This document shows, piece after piece, positions 25,601-40,600 of a DNA stretch of 64,000 nt (positions are counted from its first letter, which is position 1; every line of letters starts with the position of its first letter). The notes beneath the pieces were generated by a model that had not been told where the DNA came from, made no database searches, and saw only the letters and a program-made list of their open reading frames with translations. Made by a program: the position numbers and the translations under genes. Source of the DNA: Hypanus sabinus (Eukaryota); contig NC_082710.1 of the NCBI RefSeq assembly GCF_030144855.1, forward strand, positions 170,686,001 to 170,750,000, written 5' to 3'.

Positions 25601-28600
25601 GTTCTTGAACCAACCTGCACAACACTAATCACCAGCTCAGCACAGTTTTGCAATGTTGCACTGCAATGGACTTTGTATTTGTTCTAATTGGGTTTTCTCT
25701 TAGATAATTGGAGCCATCGAGCATTATAGCACAAAAACAGGTTTTTCTAATAATGACAATTGCCTTTGAGCGTTATGGACTAGCAAAGTCACTTGTTGCA
25801 TATAAATATAATTAAGCTGTACCACATACATTGTAAGTACCTGTTTTGCATGGTCTGGAGTAGCACCACAATGACAATAAAGTCATATTCTATCTTTGAC
25901 TAATCTAGTCCATGACAACCCATCTCCTGTCCTTATACCTCCTCCCTCACCTCCATTCAGGGCCCCAAACAGACCTTCCAGGTGATACAGCACTTCACAT
26001 GCAAGTCTGCTGGGGTCACCTATTGCGTCTGGCTCCCCATATGGCCTCCACTGCATTGGTGAGATCTGTTGTAAACTGGGGGACTGTTTCGTCAAGCAGC
26101 TCCTCACCATCCGCAAGAAGTGGGACTCCCTGGTAGCCAGACAAGTTAGTTTCAATATCCTATTCCTATTCTGACATGTCGATCTATGGTCTCCTCTTGT
26201 GCAAGGTGAGGCCACCCTCAGGGTGGAGGAGTAATACCTTATACTCCATCTGGGTACCCTTGAATCTGATGGCATGTATATTGATTTCTCCTTCTTGGAA
26301 GCAAATTTTCGCTCCCCATTCAGACCTTTCACTTCTTCTCACCTGCCTATTCCTTCCCTCTGGGATTCTTTCCTATGGTACACTCTTCTGTCCTATCCGA
26401 TTCTTTCTTCTCCAGTCCTTGACCTTTCCAATCCACCTGGCTTCACCTAACACCTTCCAACTATAATCTTTCAAGAATCACTTGATTCTGGCATGATCGC
26501 AGAGGACTAGAAGATTGCAAATGTCACTCCACTCTTTAAGATGAGAGGAAGGCAAAGGAAAGGAAATTGTAGGCCAGTTAGCCTAACTCCAGTGGTTGGG
26601 AAACTGTCGGCATTCATTGTTAAGGATGAGGTTGGTGATAAAGTAAGTCGAAGTCGGCATGGTTTCTGTGAAGGGAAATCTGAGTTCTTTGAGGAAGTTG
26701 CAAGTAGGGCAAACAAAGGAGAGGCAGTGGATGTCATTTACTTGGGTTTTCAGAAGGATAAGGTGCCACATGAGGCTGCTTAACAAGATAAAATCCAATG
26801 ACATTAAAGAGATATGGATGGATAGTGGAATGGCTGACAAGCAGGACAGCGAGTGGGAATAAAGGGGGCCTTTTCTCAATGGCTGCCAGTGACTAGTTGT
26901 CTTAGGGGTCAGTATTGGGACTATCGCTTTTCACATTGCTTGTCAAGGATTTAGATAGTTGAATTGATGGCTTTGTGAAAAGTAGGTTAAGGGGTAGGTA
27001 GTGCTGAAGAAGCAATGCAATTGCAGAAGGGCTTTGACAAAATGGAGACATGGGAAAAATGTGGCAGATAGGATACAGTTTTGGGAAATGAATTATGCAT
27101 TTTGGTAAAAGGAACAATACGGCCTATCATCTAAATGGGGAGAAAATTCAAACATCAGAGGTGCACAGAGACTTAGGATCTGTGCAAGACTCCCAAAAGG
27201 TTAAGTTACAGGTTGAGTCTGTGGTAAAGTCAAATGTAATGTTGAATGAATGAAATTTTTATTTCAGTCAGTACAAACATAACAAAAAGCATCATTTTCG
27301 ACAGTGATTTCATAACTGTTGCACAGACGTGGTGGTGGATCGAACCCAAGTGCTGAACACGGGCACAGAGGCTTGAGGAGGGAAATGCTGCCGTCATGGT
27401 GAGCATGGGAAGGGTTCCAAGGGGGATTTTTTTCCAGAGTCTTGGTCTTGGTACATAATTCCAGAACAAGTCTAGACAGAACTGATAGTCCTAAACAACA
27501 TGTAGTGAGGTTACTCGTACACAAGTTGACCAACGAACTGGCACCTTCTAGAATTGGTCACAGGACTCTTATACTACTCTGGTTGATGGAATGCAGGTGT
27601 TGGCAATTATTGGAACCTGGGAATAGATTGGGAACTAAACGAGGTGTTAAAGGCCCAATTCCCGAGTAACACAGCCAGGTACCAGAAGGGACCATGGCAG
27701 TACACCCCCCTCCACCAATGGGAGCCTCCCGGCGATCCTCCAGGCCTGTCTGGATGGTCCCGATGGAAGTCCTGGATGAGGGAAGGATCTAGGATAAAGG
27801 AGCGGGTGACCCAGGAACGCTGTTCAGGACCGTACCCTTCCCAGTCCACCAGGTATTGGAGGCCCCTGCCCCGTCGGCGTACAGCTAGCAGTTGTCGGAC
27901 GGTGTATGCCAGATGGTTGTAGATGAGCCGGGCAGGGGGAGGAATCTCAGCTGGGGGACACAAAGGGCTGACGGAGACTGGTTTTAACTAAGACACATGA
28001 AATGTGGGGTGAATACGCATGGACTTTGGCAGCGTGAGGCGGACCGCTGTGGGATTGATAATCCTTTCGACTTTGAATTGTCCCAGGAAGCGCGGGGGAG
28101 GGGGAGGCGAGTTCCCCATGTTCGCATTTGAGCGGGATGTCCCTGGAGGAAAGCCACACCATCTGTCCCGGTTGGTACTCTGGTGCTGGAGTCCGGTGTC
28201 GGTCGGCCGATTTCGGTTTGTCGATCCGAGTAGGGCCATGCGAGTTTCCTCCCAGAACTTCCGGCACCGATCAACATGGTCCCGAACCGACGGTACCGCG
28301 ATCTCTTCTTCCGGAGCGGGGAACAGCGGGGGTTGGTACCCACGGGAGCACTCGAACGGGGACCTCCCAATGGCAGAGCTCACCAGGGAGTTGTGGGCGT
28401 ACTCAACCCACGGGAGATGGTCGCTCCAGGCTGACGGGTGGTTTGCCGTTACACAACGTAACGTCGCCTCCAGGTGTTGGTTGACCCGTTCCGTCTGCCT
28501 GTTCGTCTGGGAGTGGAAGCCGGACGACAGGCTGGCCGTTGCTCCTAAGGCCTGACAGAAGGCCTTCCATACCTGCGAGACGAACTGAGGACCTCGATCG

Positions 28601-31600
28601 GAGACGATGTCCGCGGGGATTCCGTGGAGGCGGAAGACGTGGCGGACGAGAAGGTCTGCGGTTTCCTGAGGGGATGGGAGTTTCGGGAGGGCCGCAAAGT
28701 GCACTGCCTTGGAGAAGTGGTCTACCACGGTGAGGACAGTGGTGTTTCCGCGGGAATGGGGTAGACCGGTGACGAAGTCGAGGGCGATGTGCGACCAGGG
28801 ACAGGTAGAGGACGAAGTAGACCCGCCGGTTGTCGATGAGAGGTTCTTCCCTGGGCACAGATGGGACAAGCCGAGACACAAGGGCGGGTGTCCCCCTCCA
28901 TGGACGGCCGCCAAAAGTACCCTCTCAGGAGAGCCAGGGTCCGATCACTCCCGGGGTGGCAGGCAAACCGGGATGTGTGTCCCCATTGGAGGTCCCGAGG
29001 CCTGACGGAGGCGGGCACGTACAGGCGATCGCGGGGTCCGTTTCCAGGATCGGGGTCGCCACACTGGGCTTCTTACTTTCGCCTCGATCTCCCAAGAGAG
29101 GCCGACAACCACGCAGGTTGGAGGGAGGATCGTCTCGGGACTGGAGGTGTCATCCTTGGAGTCTTGCTGACGGGATAGCGCGTCCGGCTTCCCGTTCTTG
29201 GATCCTGGACGGTACGTGAGGGTAAACTGGAACCGTCCAGAAAACAATGCCCAACGGGCCTGACGGGAGTTCAATCGCTTGGCGGTCTTAATATACTCCA
29301 CGTTCTTATGATCCGTCCATACCACAAACGGGTGTTCTGCCCCCTCCAACTAGTACCTCCATTCTTCCAGCGCTAGTTTCCGATTCCCCACGTCGTAATT
29401 CCGCTAGGCGGGGGACAGCCGGCGAGAGTGGAAGGCGCAGTGGTGAAGCTTTTCGTCAGCACTTGCCCGTTGGGGATGGACCGCTCCTACCCCGGAGTCT
29501 GAGGCGTCCACCACCACGATGAATTGCCGGGATGGGTCCGGATGAACCAGGATGGGGGCTTTGGTGAAACGCCTCTTCAGGTCGGTGAATGCTGAGTCCC
29601 CTTTGGAGTCCCAACAAAACTGTGTGGAAGGAGAGGTAAGTCGGGTAAGGGGAGCCGCCACCTGACTGTAGTTTCTGATAAACCGGCGATAGAAGTTCGC
29701 AAACCCCAGGAACCGTTGGAGTTGCTTGCGGTCCGTGGGTTTGGGCCGCTTCGCCACAGCCCGGATCTTCTCGGGATCAGCTCTCACCTGTCCTCTCTCG
29801 ATGACGTACCCGAGGAAGCTGACCGAGGGGACGTGGAATTCGCATTTCTCCGCCTTTACGAATAATTTATTCTCCCCTGGCCTCTGCAGGACTTGACGGA
29901 CATGGTGCACGAGTTGTGGGGACTGCGGGAAAAGAGCAGGATGCCATCCAGGTAGACAAACACGAAGCGGTTAATGAAGTCTCTTAGTACATCGTTAATC
30001 AAAGCTTGATTAAGCTTGAAAGACGGCGGGGGCATTGGTGAGGTCGAAAGGAATGACTAACTACACGAAGTGGCCTAAAGCGGTATTGAAAATCGTCTTC
30101 CACTCGACCCCCTCCCTTATCCGGACCAAATGGTAGGCGTTTCGGAGGTTCAACTTCGGGAAGATGGTGGTTCCATGAAGTGGCTCGAACGCAGAACTTA
30201 TAAGAGGCACTGGGTACTTGTTCCTAATGGTTATATGATTCAGGTCTCGGTAGTCGATGCAAGGACGCAGTGAGCCATCGTTCTTCCCCACAAAGAACCC
30301 TGCGCCTACCGAGGAGGATGAGGGTCGAATAATGCCCGTCGCGAGAGATTCACTGATGTCACCTTCCATTGCTTCCTTCTCTGGCCGGGACAACTTATAC
30401 AGCAGACTGGTGGGTAGCGGGGCCGATTGCACAATCGTATGGGCGGTGCGGGGGCAGGGAAAGTGCCCGCTGTTTACTGAACACCTGTCCTAAGTCATGG
30501 TACTCCTTGGGGACCCGGGACAAGTCAAAGGGTCCCGAAACAGGTGTGGTCACGGTAGCTTCCTGGGAGACAGGGCCGACCGCAGGCAGTTGGTATGGCA
30601 GGATTCGGCTATCCTCCCGGTAGACCAGTCAATCCGGGGGTTGTGTTGGGTCAGCCATGGGTACCCTAGGACTACCGGGGCTTGAGATGACTGAATGAGG
30701 CTGAATCGTACTTCCTCCCGATGGTTGCCGGATAAGATCAAGGTCAGGGGCAGCGTACAGTGGGTCACCCGAGCCAGCAGATTTCCGTCCAGGGCCCGGG
30801 CCTCCAGAGGGGTAGTCAACGGCTCTCGAGGAAGTCCGGCCTGGGCAGCTATGTCTTCGTCCAGCAGGTTGCCCTCAGCACTGGAATCCACCAAAGCGGA
30901 TCGGGACAGGGACTGTTGGTAACTCACGGTTGCCGGGACCTGCATCCGAGTCCGGGAGGCTGAGGGGAGTGTCCGCGGACCCACCAGAACAGTGGGAGCT
31001 GGAACTCTGCGAGGAACGGCAGGGGGAGAGAGGTTAGGGCTGGTTGGAGAAGGTAAGGTGGACCGTGGGGTGGCCCAAGGAACAGTCTCTCTCAGATGTT
31101 CTCGAAGTCGATAATCTAATCGGAGATCACAGAGATCACAGAGTCCAGACAGTCCGTGTCGTCCCTCGCGGCCATCTCATCCTTTATCTGATCCGAGAGG
31201 CCCTGTCGAAACACCTCCCGTAGGGCCTCGTCATTCCACCCGGAGTCTGCAGCCAATGTCCAAACTCAATTGAATACTTGGCCACACTTCGCGAAGCCTG
31301 GCGAAGAGTAAGCAGCCGTCTTGCGGTCTCCTTACCGCGAATGGATTGTTCCAGAACCTTCCTATTTTCTGCGATAAAGGAGGAGTAAGAGGAACGAACT
31401 TCCAGTCGGTTATCCCACAGCGGGTTGTCCAAGCCAAGGCATCCGCACGTAGCAGCCCCATGATGTACGCAATCTTCGATTTGTCGGAAGCGTAGGTACG
31501 TGGCTGTAGCTCGAAAACCAGGGAGCATTGGAGCAGGAAGGCCCGGCACCTGCCTACGTCCCCGGCGTAGGGTTCAGGCTCGGGCACAGACAGTTCTCGA

Positions 31601-34600
31601 GGGGATGGGGTTGCGGACTCCAAGGGCGAAGCCCTCCCGAACAGAGCGGTTTGGGTAGCTGGCGATCTTGGAGGGAGTGGGGAGGCAAAAGCGGAGACCC
31701 AGTCCATTCGTTCACTGACCCTCTGCACATTCATGGTTGGCGTCCAAAGGTTGTCTGTGACCTCCCGAAGTAGTTGGTCGTGGGTGCCCAACAGGTAGCC
31801 CTGGCTGGTCAGGGCCTCTTGGACGGGATCCGTGTCTGCTGGGTTCATCGGTGTCAGTTCATTCTGGTGCACCGAGGTGGTGGTGGATCGAACCCAAGTG
31901 CTGAACAACGGCGCGGAGGCTGAGGAGGCAAACGGGGCCAATGTAGCGAGCGTGGGAAGGGTTCCAAGGGAGCTTTTTCCCGGAGTCTTGGTAGATAAGG
32001 CTTGACGTAGAACTGATAGTCCTGAACATCATGGACTGAGGGGACTCGTACAAGAGTCGACCAACGAACTGGCACCTTCCGGCAGTGGTCACAGGACTCA
32101 TACTACTGGTTGATGGAACGCAGGGGTTGGTAATTATTGGAACCTGGGAATAGATATGGAACTAAACGAGGCGTTAAAGGCCCAATTCCTGAGTAAGACA
32201 GCCAGGTGGCAGAAGGGACCATGACAATAACGATGATTTCATAAGACAAAATTACAACAAAAAACATACTTTAAAGCAGACGGAGAGGGTGTAGGCTGAA
32301 GCTACAGCTTATTATGCCCACCCCCTTACTTAAACAACATATTTTGTGTCAATCGACACATCAAAACGAAAAATCTCATAATCTTTTAACACATAATCTA
32401 ATCCAAGTAGCATTTATTTACATTACACCCATTCATTTTAAATCATGTATCTTATATTTGTTCATGAAATAATTTTTAAACTATTTTTTAAACTTGTTAA
32501 ATTCTCACTACAACTGTTCCATAGATTCACCCCCTGACTGAAGTACAATGATATTTTACATTTGTTCTTATCCTTTGTTTTTGAAATATATGTTTTCCTC
32601 TCAAATCATGTTGACTTTCTCTCATTTTAAACAACCTTTGGAAACTTTGTGGTAACTGCCCACTTTTTACTTTATACATAATTTGTATTTTAAAATCTAT
32701 GAAATCTCTGAATTGTAAAGTGTTTAGTTGAATAAATAGTGGATTAATGCTGAATAAATGTTGGCATTCATTTCAAGGGGAATAGAATACAAAGATGAGA
32801 TAATGCTGAGCCTTTATAAGACACTAGTCAGGACACACTTGGATTATTATAACAGTTTTGAGCCCTGTACATCAGAAAGGATGTGTTGTCATTGAAAAGA
32901 TTCCAGAGGAGGTTCACAAGGATAATTCTTGGAATGAAGGGGTTAACATATGAGGAGCGTTTGGCAGCTTTGGTCCTGTACTCACCGGAATTTAGAAGCA
33001 TGCGGGGGTGGGAGGACCTCATTGTAACCTACCAAATGTTGAAAGGACTGGATAGGGTTTACGTGGAGAGGATGTTTCCTTGGGTGGGTATATCCAGAAC
33101 TAGAGGGCACAGTCTCAAAATTGAGGGGCGACCCTTTAGAACAGAGTAAGGAGGAATTTTTTTAGCCAGAGACCAGTGAGTCTGTGGAATGCTGTGCCAC
33201 AGACTGCAGTGGAGGCCAAGTCTGTGTGTATCTTTATGGCAGAAGTTGATAGTTTCCTGATCGGTCAGAACATCAAAGGATATGGCGAGAAGGTGGGTGT
33301 GTGGGGTTGAGTGGGATCCAGGATCAACCATGATGGAATGGCAGAGCAAACTCAATGGGCTGAATGGCCTAATTCTACCTCTATGTCTATGGTCTTATAC
33401 TCCTATGACTTATGGTATACTCCTAAATATTATGGTCTTATGATCTGTGACATGGCTTAATTTTCATTCTTTAGGAGTTCCAGCCAGAAGTTGAATCGAT
33501 CTACGCACCAATGCAAAAGTGAGTATGGATCCAGCCAACGCTGGATTAGTTGGCTTGCCCCATATGAAGTGTTACCCAGGGTCCAGTGTCACACACTGTG
33601 TGCACACTTTATTCAGCAATGAGATGTATCACCATCCCAAACTGGCCCACTGCTGAGGAGAGTTCAATACAGTTTGTGGGCTGTCCAGGGAGCAGACTGG
33701 AGCAGCAGGATGGAGTGGTGAAGCCTGGTGTCCTGACATCATGGTAGCAGTAGTTGCTATTCAAGTCGATGCATTGTGTAGTGAGATTATGTAGATGGTA
33801 GACCAAAATTGTAGTCAGTGGGATGGGTTGCAGTGTAACATGGGGTCAAAGTCAAGAAGGGTGATGAATACAGGACTGAGATGTTATATTTCAATAGGTT
33901 CAATGGGTGCATTTAATGTCAGAGAAATGTATGCAATATACATCCTGAAATTCCTTTTCTTCCCAAACATCCACGAAAACAGAGGAGTTTCCCAAAAGAA
34001 TAAATGACAGTTAAACGTTAAAACCCCAGAGTCCGCCCAGCTCCCCCTCCCACACATGGTCAGCAGCAAGGCAACGATTCCTCCCTCCCCCACCCCCCAG
34101 TAAAAAATCATCAGCACTCAAGCATACAGCAAAGCAACAATAAAGACACCGATTCCAAAGATGACTCATTCACCCGGTAATCCAAAGTACCTCAGGCTCT
34201 CTCTTGCCCTAATAAGGGAAAAAAGGTGTGCCTGTTTCACAATGAGAGGGGAGTTGTAACAAACAACTCACTGATAATTGGGTTTTAAAAGTCTGTTGTG
34301 TCCGTTTCTTACCGAGCTCTCTGCCCAAAGAACTCAGGTCTTGGGCACACAGTCAGCAGCTAGCCCGCTGCTCCCGATGTTCCCTGTTCTCCTGCAACGT
34401 CTCAGGGTCAGGGACACTGACTGTGAATCAACCCATCTCCAGAGCCAGGAAAATCCGGCACCCTGAAGGCGCGCTAGTCTTCCAGGCTGCGTCCTTGGGA
34501 TATCAAAAAGCAGCCGGTCGTGAAGCCCTGAAAGAGGGTCCCATCCCCACAAAGAACCAAAGTCAGTGTGTAACTCCCAGTCAGGGTCTTCAAAAGAACT

Positions 34601-37600
34601 TTTAAAGTGAAAAAGATGGAAATAGAGCCATCAGAATTTACAGGGTTGGGGCCAAGTCTGCAGATGATACAATGACAGATGGAGGGACAGGTAGTGTTGA
34701 GGAAGCAGGGGCTCTGACAGATTGGAAAATGGGTAAAGGAGCAGGTGGAATATAATGTAATGAAGAGTATGCTCATGAACTTTGGTAGAAAGAATAAAGG
34801 CATAGACTATTTTCTAAATGGGGATAAAATTCAAAAATTAGAGGTGCAACTTGTGCAGGATTCCCAAAGATGGTCTTACAGATTGAGTCAATGAAGGCAA
34901 GTGCAATGTTAGCATTCATTTTAAGAGGATTTGAATAAAAAAGCAAGGTTGTGATGCTGAGGCTTTATAAGGCATTGGTCAGACTGCACTGGAGTATTGG
35001 GAGCAGTTCTGGGCCCCATGTCTAAGAAAAGATGTTTTGGCACTGGAAAGAGTCCAGAGGAGGTTCAAGAAAATAATCCAGAATGAAAAGCTTATGGTTT
35101 GAGGAGCATTTGATAGCCCTGGGCCTGTACTCCCTGGAACTTAGAACAATGAAGGGGAATCTCATTGAACCCTTTAGAATTGTGAGGGATAGCGATAGGA
35201 TGATTGTAAGCAGGCTTTGCTCCATTGACATTGGGTGGGATTATAATCATTTGTCATGGCTTAAGTGTGAAAGGTGAGAAGTTTAAGGGGAACATTGGGA
35301 TAAAACTTCTTCACTCAGAGGGTCATGAGAGTGTGGAATGAGCTGCCGGTGCAAGTGCTCCACACAAGGTCGATTTCAAGGTTTAAGAGAAGTTTGGACA
35401 TGAATAGTAGGAATCTGGAGGACTATAGTCCCAGTGCAGGTTGATGGGAGTCGGCAGTTTAAATGGTTTTGGGCATGGACTAGATGGCCGAAGGGTCACT
35501 GTCTGTGCTGTACATCCCTATAGCTCTTTGAATATTGAAAGGCCTAGCCAGAGAGGATTGTTCCCACAGTGGTGGATCTGGGACCAGAGAGCACAGCCTC
35601 AGGATAGAGGGACGTATATTTAGAACAGAGTTGATTAGAAATTTCTTGAGCCAGAGGGTGATGAATCTGCTGAATTCATTGCCACGGGCAGCTGCAGAGG
35701 CCAACTCATTGGGTATATTTAAAGCGGAGTTTGATAGTCTCTTGGTTAGTCAGGCTGTGAAACACCCAAGGCTGCTGCATACAGATTACATTGGGGCTGT
35801 GTACATATCTGACTCCAGGCCCCTCTCTTTTCCCTGATACATTACCCCATTGTCCTTTGGAAATTTGTCTACTCCTCTCTGGGGCATCTCCTGCCCCAGT
35901 ACTGCTCACAGCAACACAGGTTTATGAAGCAGCACATGAGCAGGACCACCCTTCCCCTTGCACCTTATCAATGAGTGAACTCCTTCCCCCTCTTTCTCCT
36001 CACAGCCTGAAGACACTCAGTATCTCAATGGACAATGGCATGGGTAAGTAACTCCCCTTGAGTGTGGCTGATGCAAAAACGGCTGCAACCTCTGAACTCC
36101 CTGACACCCCACTCTCACCTCAGCAGGCCAGCTGCCCCATCAGTCCTAGCTGTCAGCATCACCAACAGCCTGTCCTGGTCCGTCCACATTGATGCCACGG
36201 CCAGGAAAGTTCACCAACACCTCTACTTCCCCAGGAAGTATCACGGCTTGGTAGGCAACTGCTCTGCCCAAGACCACAATGAAATGCACAGCTCAGCACA
36301 TCATGGGAACCGGCCTCACCTCCACACACTCTGCATTTCTCGCTGACCTGGCAAAGACCCCCGTCCACCCCGGTCACTGGCACTTGTTGCCCATCCCATT
36401 GGGCAGAAGGTACAAACATCTCAAAGACCGTACCACCAGGATTCAGGACAGCTTCTACCCCGCTGTTATCAGAGTATTGAACCGTTCACTTGTACGATCA
36501 GATGGAGTCTTGACCTCACAGTCCACCTCCTCATGTCTCACAATCCACCTCCTCATGTCTCACAATCCACCTCCTCATGTCTCACAATCCACCTCCTCAT
36601 GTCTCACAATCCACCTCCTCATGTCTCACAATCCACCTCCTCATGTCTCACAATCCACCTCCTCATGTCTCACAATCCACCTCCTCATGTCTCACAATCC
36701 ACCTCCTCATGTCTCACAATCCACCTCCTCATGTCTCACAATCCACCTCCTCATGTCTCACAATCCACCTCCTCATGTCTCACAATCCACCTCCTCATGT
36801 CCTTACACCGCACTTGCTCTGTAAATACAACACTACATTCGGTGCTTTTCCCTTGTACTATCTCGATGCACTGACGTGATGAAGTGGTCTGTGTGATGTC
36901 TGTGCTTCAGTGCAGTAATAAACAACTTACCAATCTAATAAGCAGACCAGGGTTCAGAATTGTCCTCATACAAGCGGGCACTTCCAGCCAATGAAATCCG
37001 CCATTTATTCACAATGCAGAAACCCATCTCTGCACTGGAAAAACCCACAAGCGGGAACAAAAGGAATTAGGAACAGGGATCATGTCCTGTGGCACCGTTC
37101 ACTCCTCCTTGCCCACGCTCTCCATGTTCCTGCCTGTTGCTTTCATCTGTGATAAAGTTTCACTGATATTCTTGTATTTGCTGTCACAGATGTGAGCACC
37201 CACTGCAGACCAAACAACTCGTTGATCCCTGATGGAGAGGTAAGTACAGATATATATACTGTTATGTAGTTCATATCCTTGACAAATAGGATTCCATTCA
37301 GCCTGTTCATGTCTGTCCGCCCCAATTCTTCCACTTGATCCTCTGCAACCTGTTCTCCCCATGTTCCCACTGGGCTGCTCCTTGTTGGATATTAGTCTAG
37401 TGCTTTCCTCGTAGGTTTACTTTCCTATACATGTTTGCATCTTTATATAATTACCTATATAGGTAAAATTGTTCAGTACGTTTTCTAGTAATTTCAGTAC
37501 AGCTGATTCTGTATTTTTCTAGAAGCTTCTAAGTTTTTCTGCAGCAGGTACCGTGCCACTTGAGTCTGTCTATTTTATGGGTACATTGCTGTCTCTCGTC

Positions 37601-40600
37601 TGAATCTGAAGCAACACCATTTCTTTTTCTTTGTCTTTTCTCTGTGCATTCATTTTTCTTATAAATCTTAACAAAACAATTGTAGTTACCAACTTTTATG
37701 CCTCATTCTTGCCTTTCAAAGAACCTCAATTCTAAATGACCAGACCCAACACCCTCAGACAAGAGAGAATCTGCAGATGCTGGAAATCTGAGCAACACAC
37801 CCAAAAGGCTGGAGGAACAACACTTTATATTCCGTTTGGGTTGCCTCCAACCTGATGGCATCAGCATCATTTTCTTCAACTTCCGGTAATGCCCCCCACA
37901 CACCTCTCCTTCACCATTCCCAATTCCCATTTCCCTCTCTCACCTTATCTTTGTACCTGCCCATTGCCTCCCTCTGGTTTTCCTCCCCCTTTTCTTTCTT
38001 TCATGACTTTCTGTCTCTTTCAACAATTTACCTCCCAGCTCTTTACTTCATCCCCTGCCCATTCAAGTTTCACCCATCACCTGGTGTTTCTCTCTCCTCT
38101 CCCCCCACCTCTTCAATCTACTCCTCAGCTTTCTTTCTCCAGTCCTGCTGAAGGATCTCGGCTCAAATCATCGACTGCACTCTTTTCCTAGATGCTGCCT
38201 GGCCTGCTGAGTTCCTCCAGCGTTTTGTGTGTGAGACCCAACGCCCTGTACCAATAGTAGAGATTGATGTAATTTATTGTGGATTGGGAGAATGTTCTGG
38301 AAAATTTCCGGCTGGAACTGAGAGCCGTTGTCACAAAGCTCCTGAACCCAGTGTCAATATGACTTCTTCCCTCAGAGGGTCGTGTGCGTGCGGAACGAGC
38401 TGCCAGCGCAAGTGGTGCATGAGAGCTCAGTTCCAATGCTTAAGAGAAGTTTGGATAGGTACGTGGAGAGCGGTGGCATGGATGGCTTTGGTCCAGGTGA
38501 TGGTCGATGGGACTCGGCAGTTTAAATGGCCAACTAGAATTGGCCCCCTTTATTCCAACCTTCCAGCCCTCTTGCCAATCAGCCAATCTTCAATCCATGT
38601 TAGTATCTCTCCTGTTATACCATCAGTTCTTATCTTGTTAATCAGCCTCACGTGCTGTACATTTCATCCCACATCCCAAAACTGAGCAGCTTGATACCTC
38701 GATAGGTCACTGTAAGTTGCCAAGGTGGGCCGTGGAATCTGGGTCTAGGAATGTTGGAGAGAGAATACTGCAGGCTGACATTGATCTGGTGGGCTGAACT
38801 TCCTTCTGTGACATGATGTGGGTGAACCATCTGTAAATAACTAACTGGAGACACAAGAGAAGGCAAATGCTGGAATCTGGAGTGTCAAACATTCTGCTGG
38901 AAGACTCATTGGGTCAGGCAGCTTCTGTGGTGGTGGTGGGGTGTTGGGGACATTTCCGGTCCGAACTCTAAACACTGCGCCACAGATCGGAAGTGGAGAT
39001 GGCCTGTAAAAGAGATGAGGTGTGACAGGGGTAACTGGTAATGGCTGCTGGATAACAGGCAGATAATGCTAGGCAGATGACACTGAGGGGTGCAATTTGG
39101 AGGCAGAGATGGATGGCAGACAGCTATGGGAAGATGGGATATTTGATCAGCAAGCTTAGCACGATTTTTCCAGATATTTCGGCTGCAATCATGTGGGACA
39201 TGATTGGTTGTTGCATCTCTTGGATCTGACTCTTCGGGGAGCATCAGTTTGGCCAGGTGGATTCAGAATTGTCTTGCCTGTAGAAGGCAGAGGGCTGTTG
39301 TGGAGGGAGTACATTCGGATTGGAGGGTTGTGACTAGTGGTGTCCCACAAGGATCTGTTCTGGGACCTCTACTTTTTGTGATTTTTATTAACTACCTGGA
39401 TGTGGGGGTAGAAGGGTGGGTTGGCAAGTTTGCAGATGACACAAAGGTTGGTGGTGTAGCAGATAGTGTAGAGGATTGTCAAAGATTGCAATTGATAGGA
39501 CATTGATAGGATGCAGAAGTGGGCTGAGAAGAGGCAGATGGAGTTCAACCCGGAGAAGTGTGAGGTGGTACACTTTGGAAGGACAAACTCCAAGGCAGAG
39601 TACAAAGTAAATGCAGGATACTTGGTAGTGTGGAGGAGCAAATGTTTCTGGGGGTACATGTCCACAGATCCCTGAAAGTTGCCTCACAGGTAGATAGGGT
39701 AGTTAAGAAAGCTTATGGGGTGTTAGCTTTCATAAGTCGAGGGACAGAGTTTAAGAGACGCGATGTAATGATGCAGCTCTACAAAACTCTAGTTAGGTCA
39801 CATTTGGAGTACTGTGTCCAGTTCTGGTCGCTTCAGTATAGGAAGGATGTGGAAGCATTGGAAAGGGTACAGAAGAGATTTACCAGGATGCTGCCTGGTT
39901 TAGAGAGTATGGATTATAATCAGAGATTACGGGAGCAAGGGCTTTACTCTTTGGAGAAAAGGAGGATGAGAGGAGACATGATAGATATTGAGAGGAATAG
40001 ACAGAGTGAACAGCCAGCACCTCTTCCCCAGGGCACCACTGCTCAGTACAAGAGGACATGGCTTTAAGGTAAGGGGAGGGAAGTTCAAGGGGGATATTAG
40101 AGGAAGGTTTTTCACTTAGAGAGTGGTTGGTGCGTGGAATGCACTGCCTGTGTCAGTGGTGGAGGCAGATACACTAGTGAAGTTTAAGATATATGGAGGA
40201 ATTTAAGGTGGGGTGTTATATGGGAGGCAGCGTTTGAGGGTCACACAAGTGTGGGCCGAAGGGCCTATACTGTGCTGTACTGTTCTATGTTATATGTTCT
40301 ATCAGGGCAGATGTGAACCCGTTCTAATCTAATCCAATCCTTCACTGTATTGCCGTTTACCATGCCGATTGTACTCAGATCATTCTAATCTAATCCTTTT
40401 CTCCACAAGGTACCCGCTGTACAGAGCATCCATTACGCAGTGATATATCCAAGTTACTCCAAAAACCAAGCTCCTGCCAAGACATCAGTGGAAGATGGCG
40501 ATCTGGAGTGAGTTTCTTACTTATGTCAGCATAATTGTGGCTGGATACAGGGTCACTGAGCTATGGGGAATCACAGCACAGAAACATGCCCTTCAGCCCA

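Larger units (their letters stand above)
26470..33400 (+). mobile_element. CR1 LINE split into 26470-27244 and 32757-33400 by nested insertions
   Basis: [15 protein letters not shown] and [10 protein letters not shown] on the left; [22 protein letters not shown] and RTRGHSLKI on the right; aatgttg duplicated at 27238-27244 and 32757-32763. Confidence 0.8.

Noticed and set aside
36517-36802. CRISPR-like array or repeat-protein ORFs ([12 protein letters not shown]...)
   Set aside because: Head-to-tail 22-bp units with no spacers in eukaryotic intron DNA; the ORFs are by-products of a stop-free repeat.
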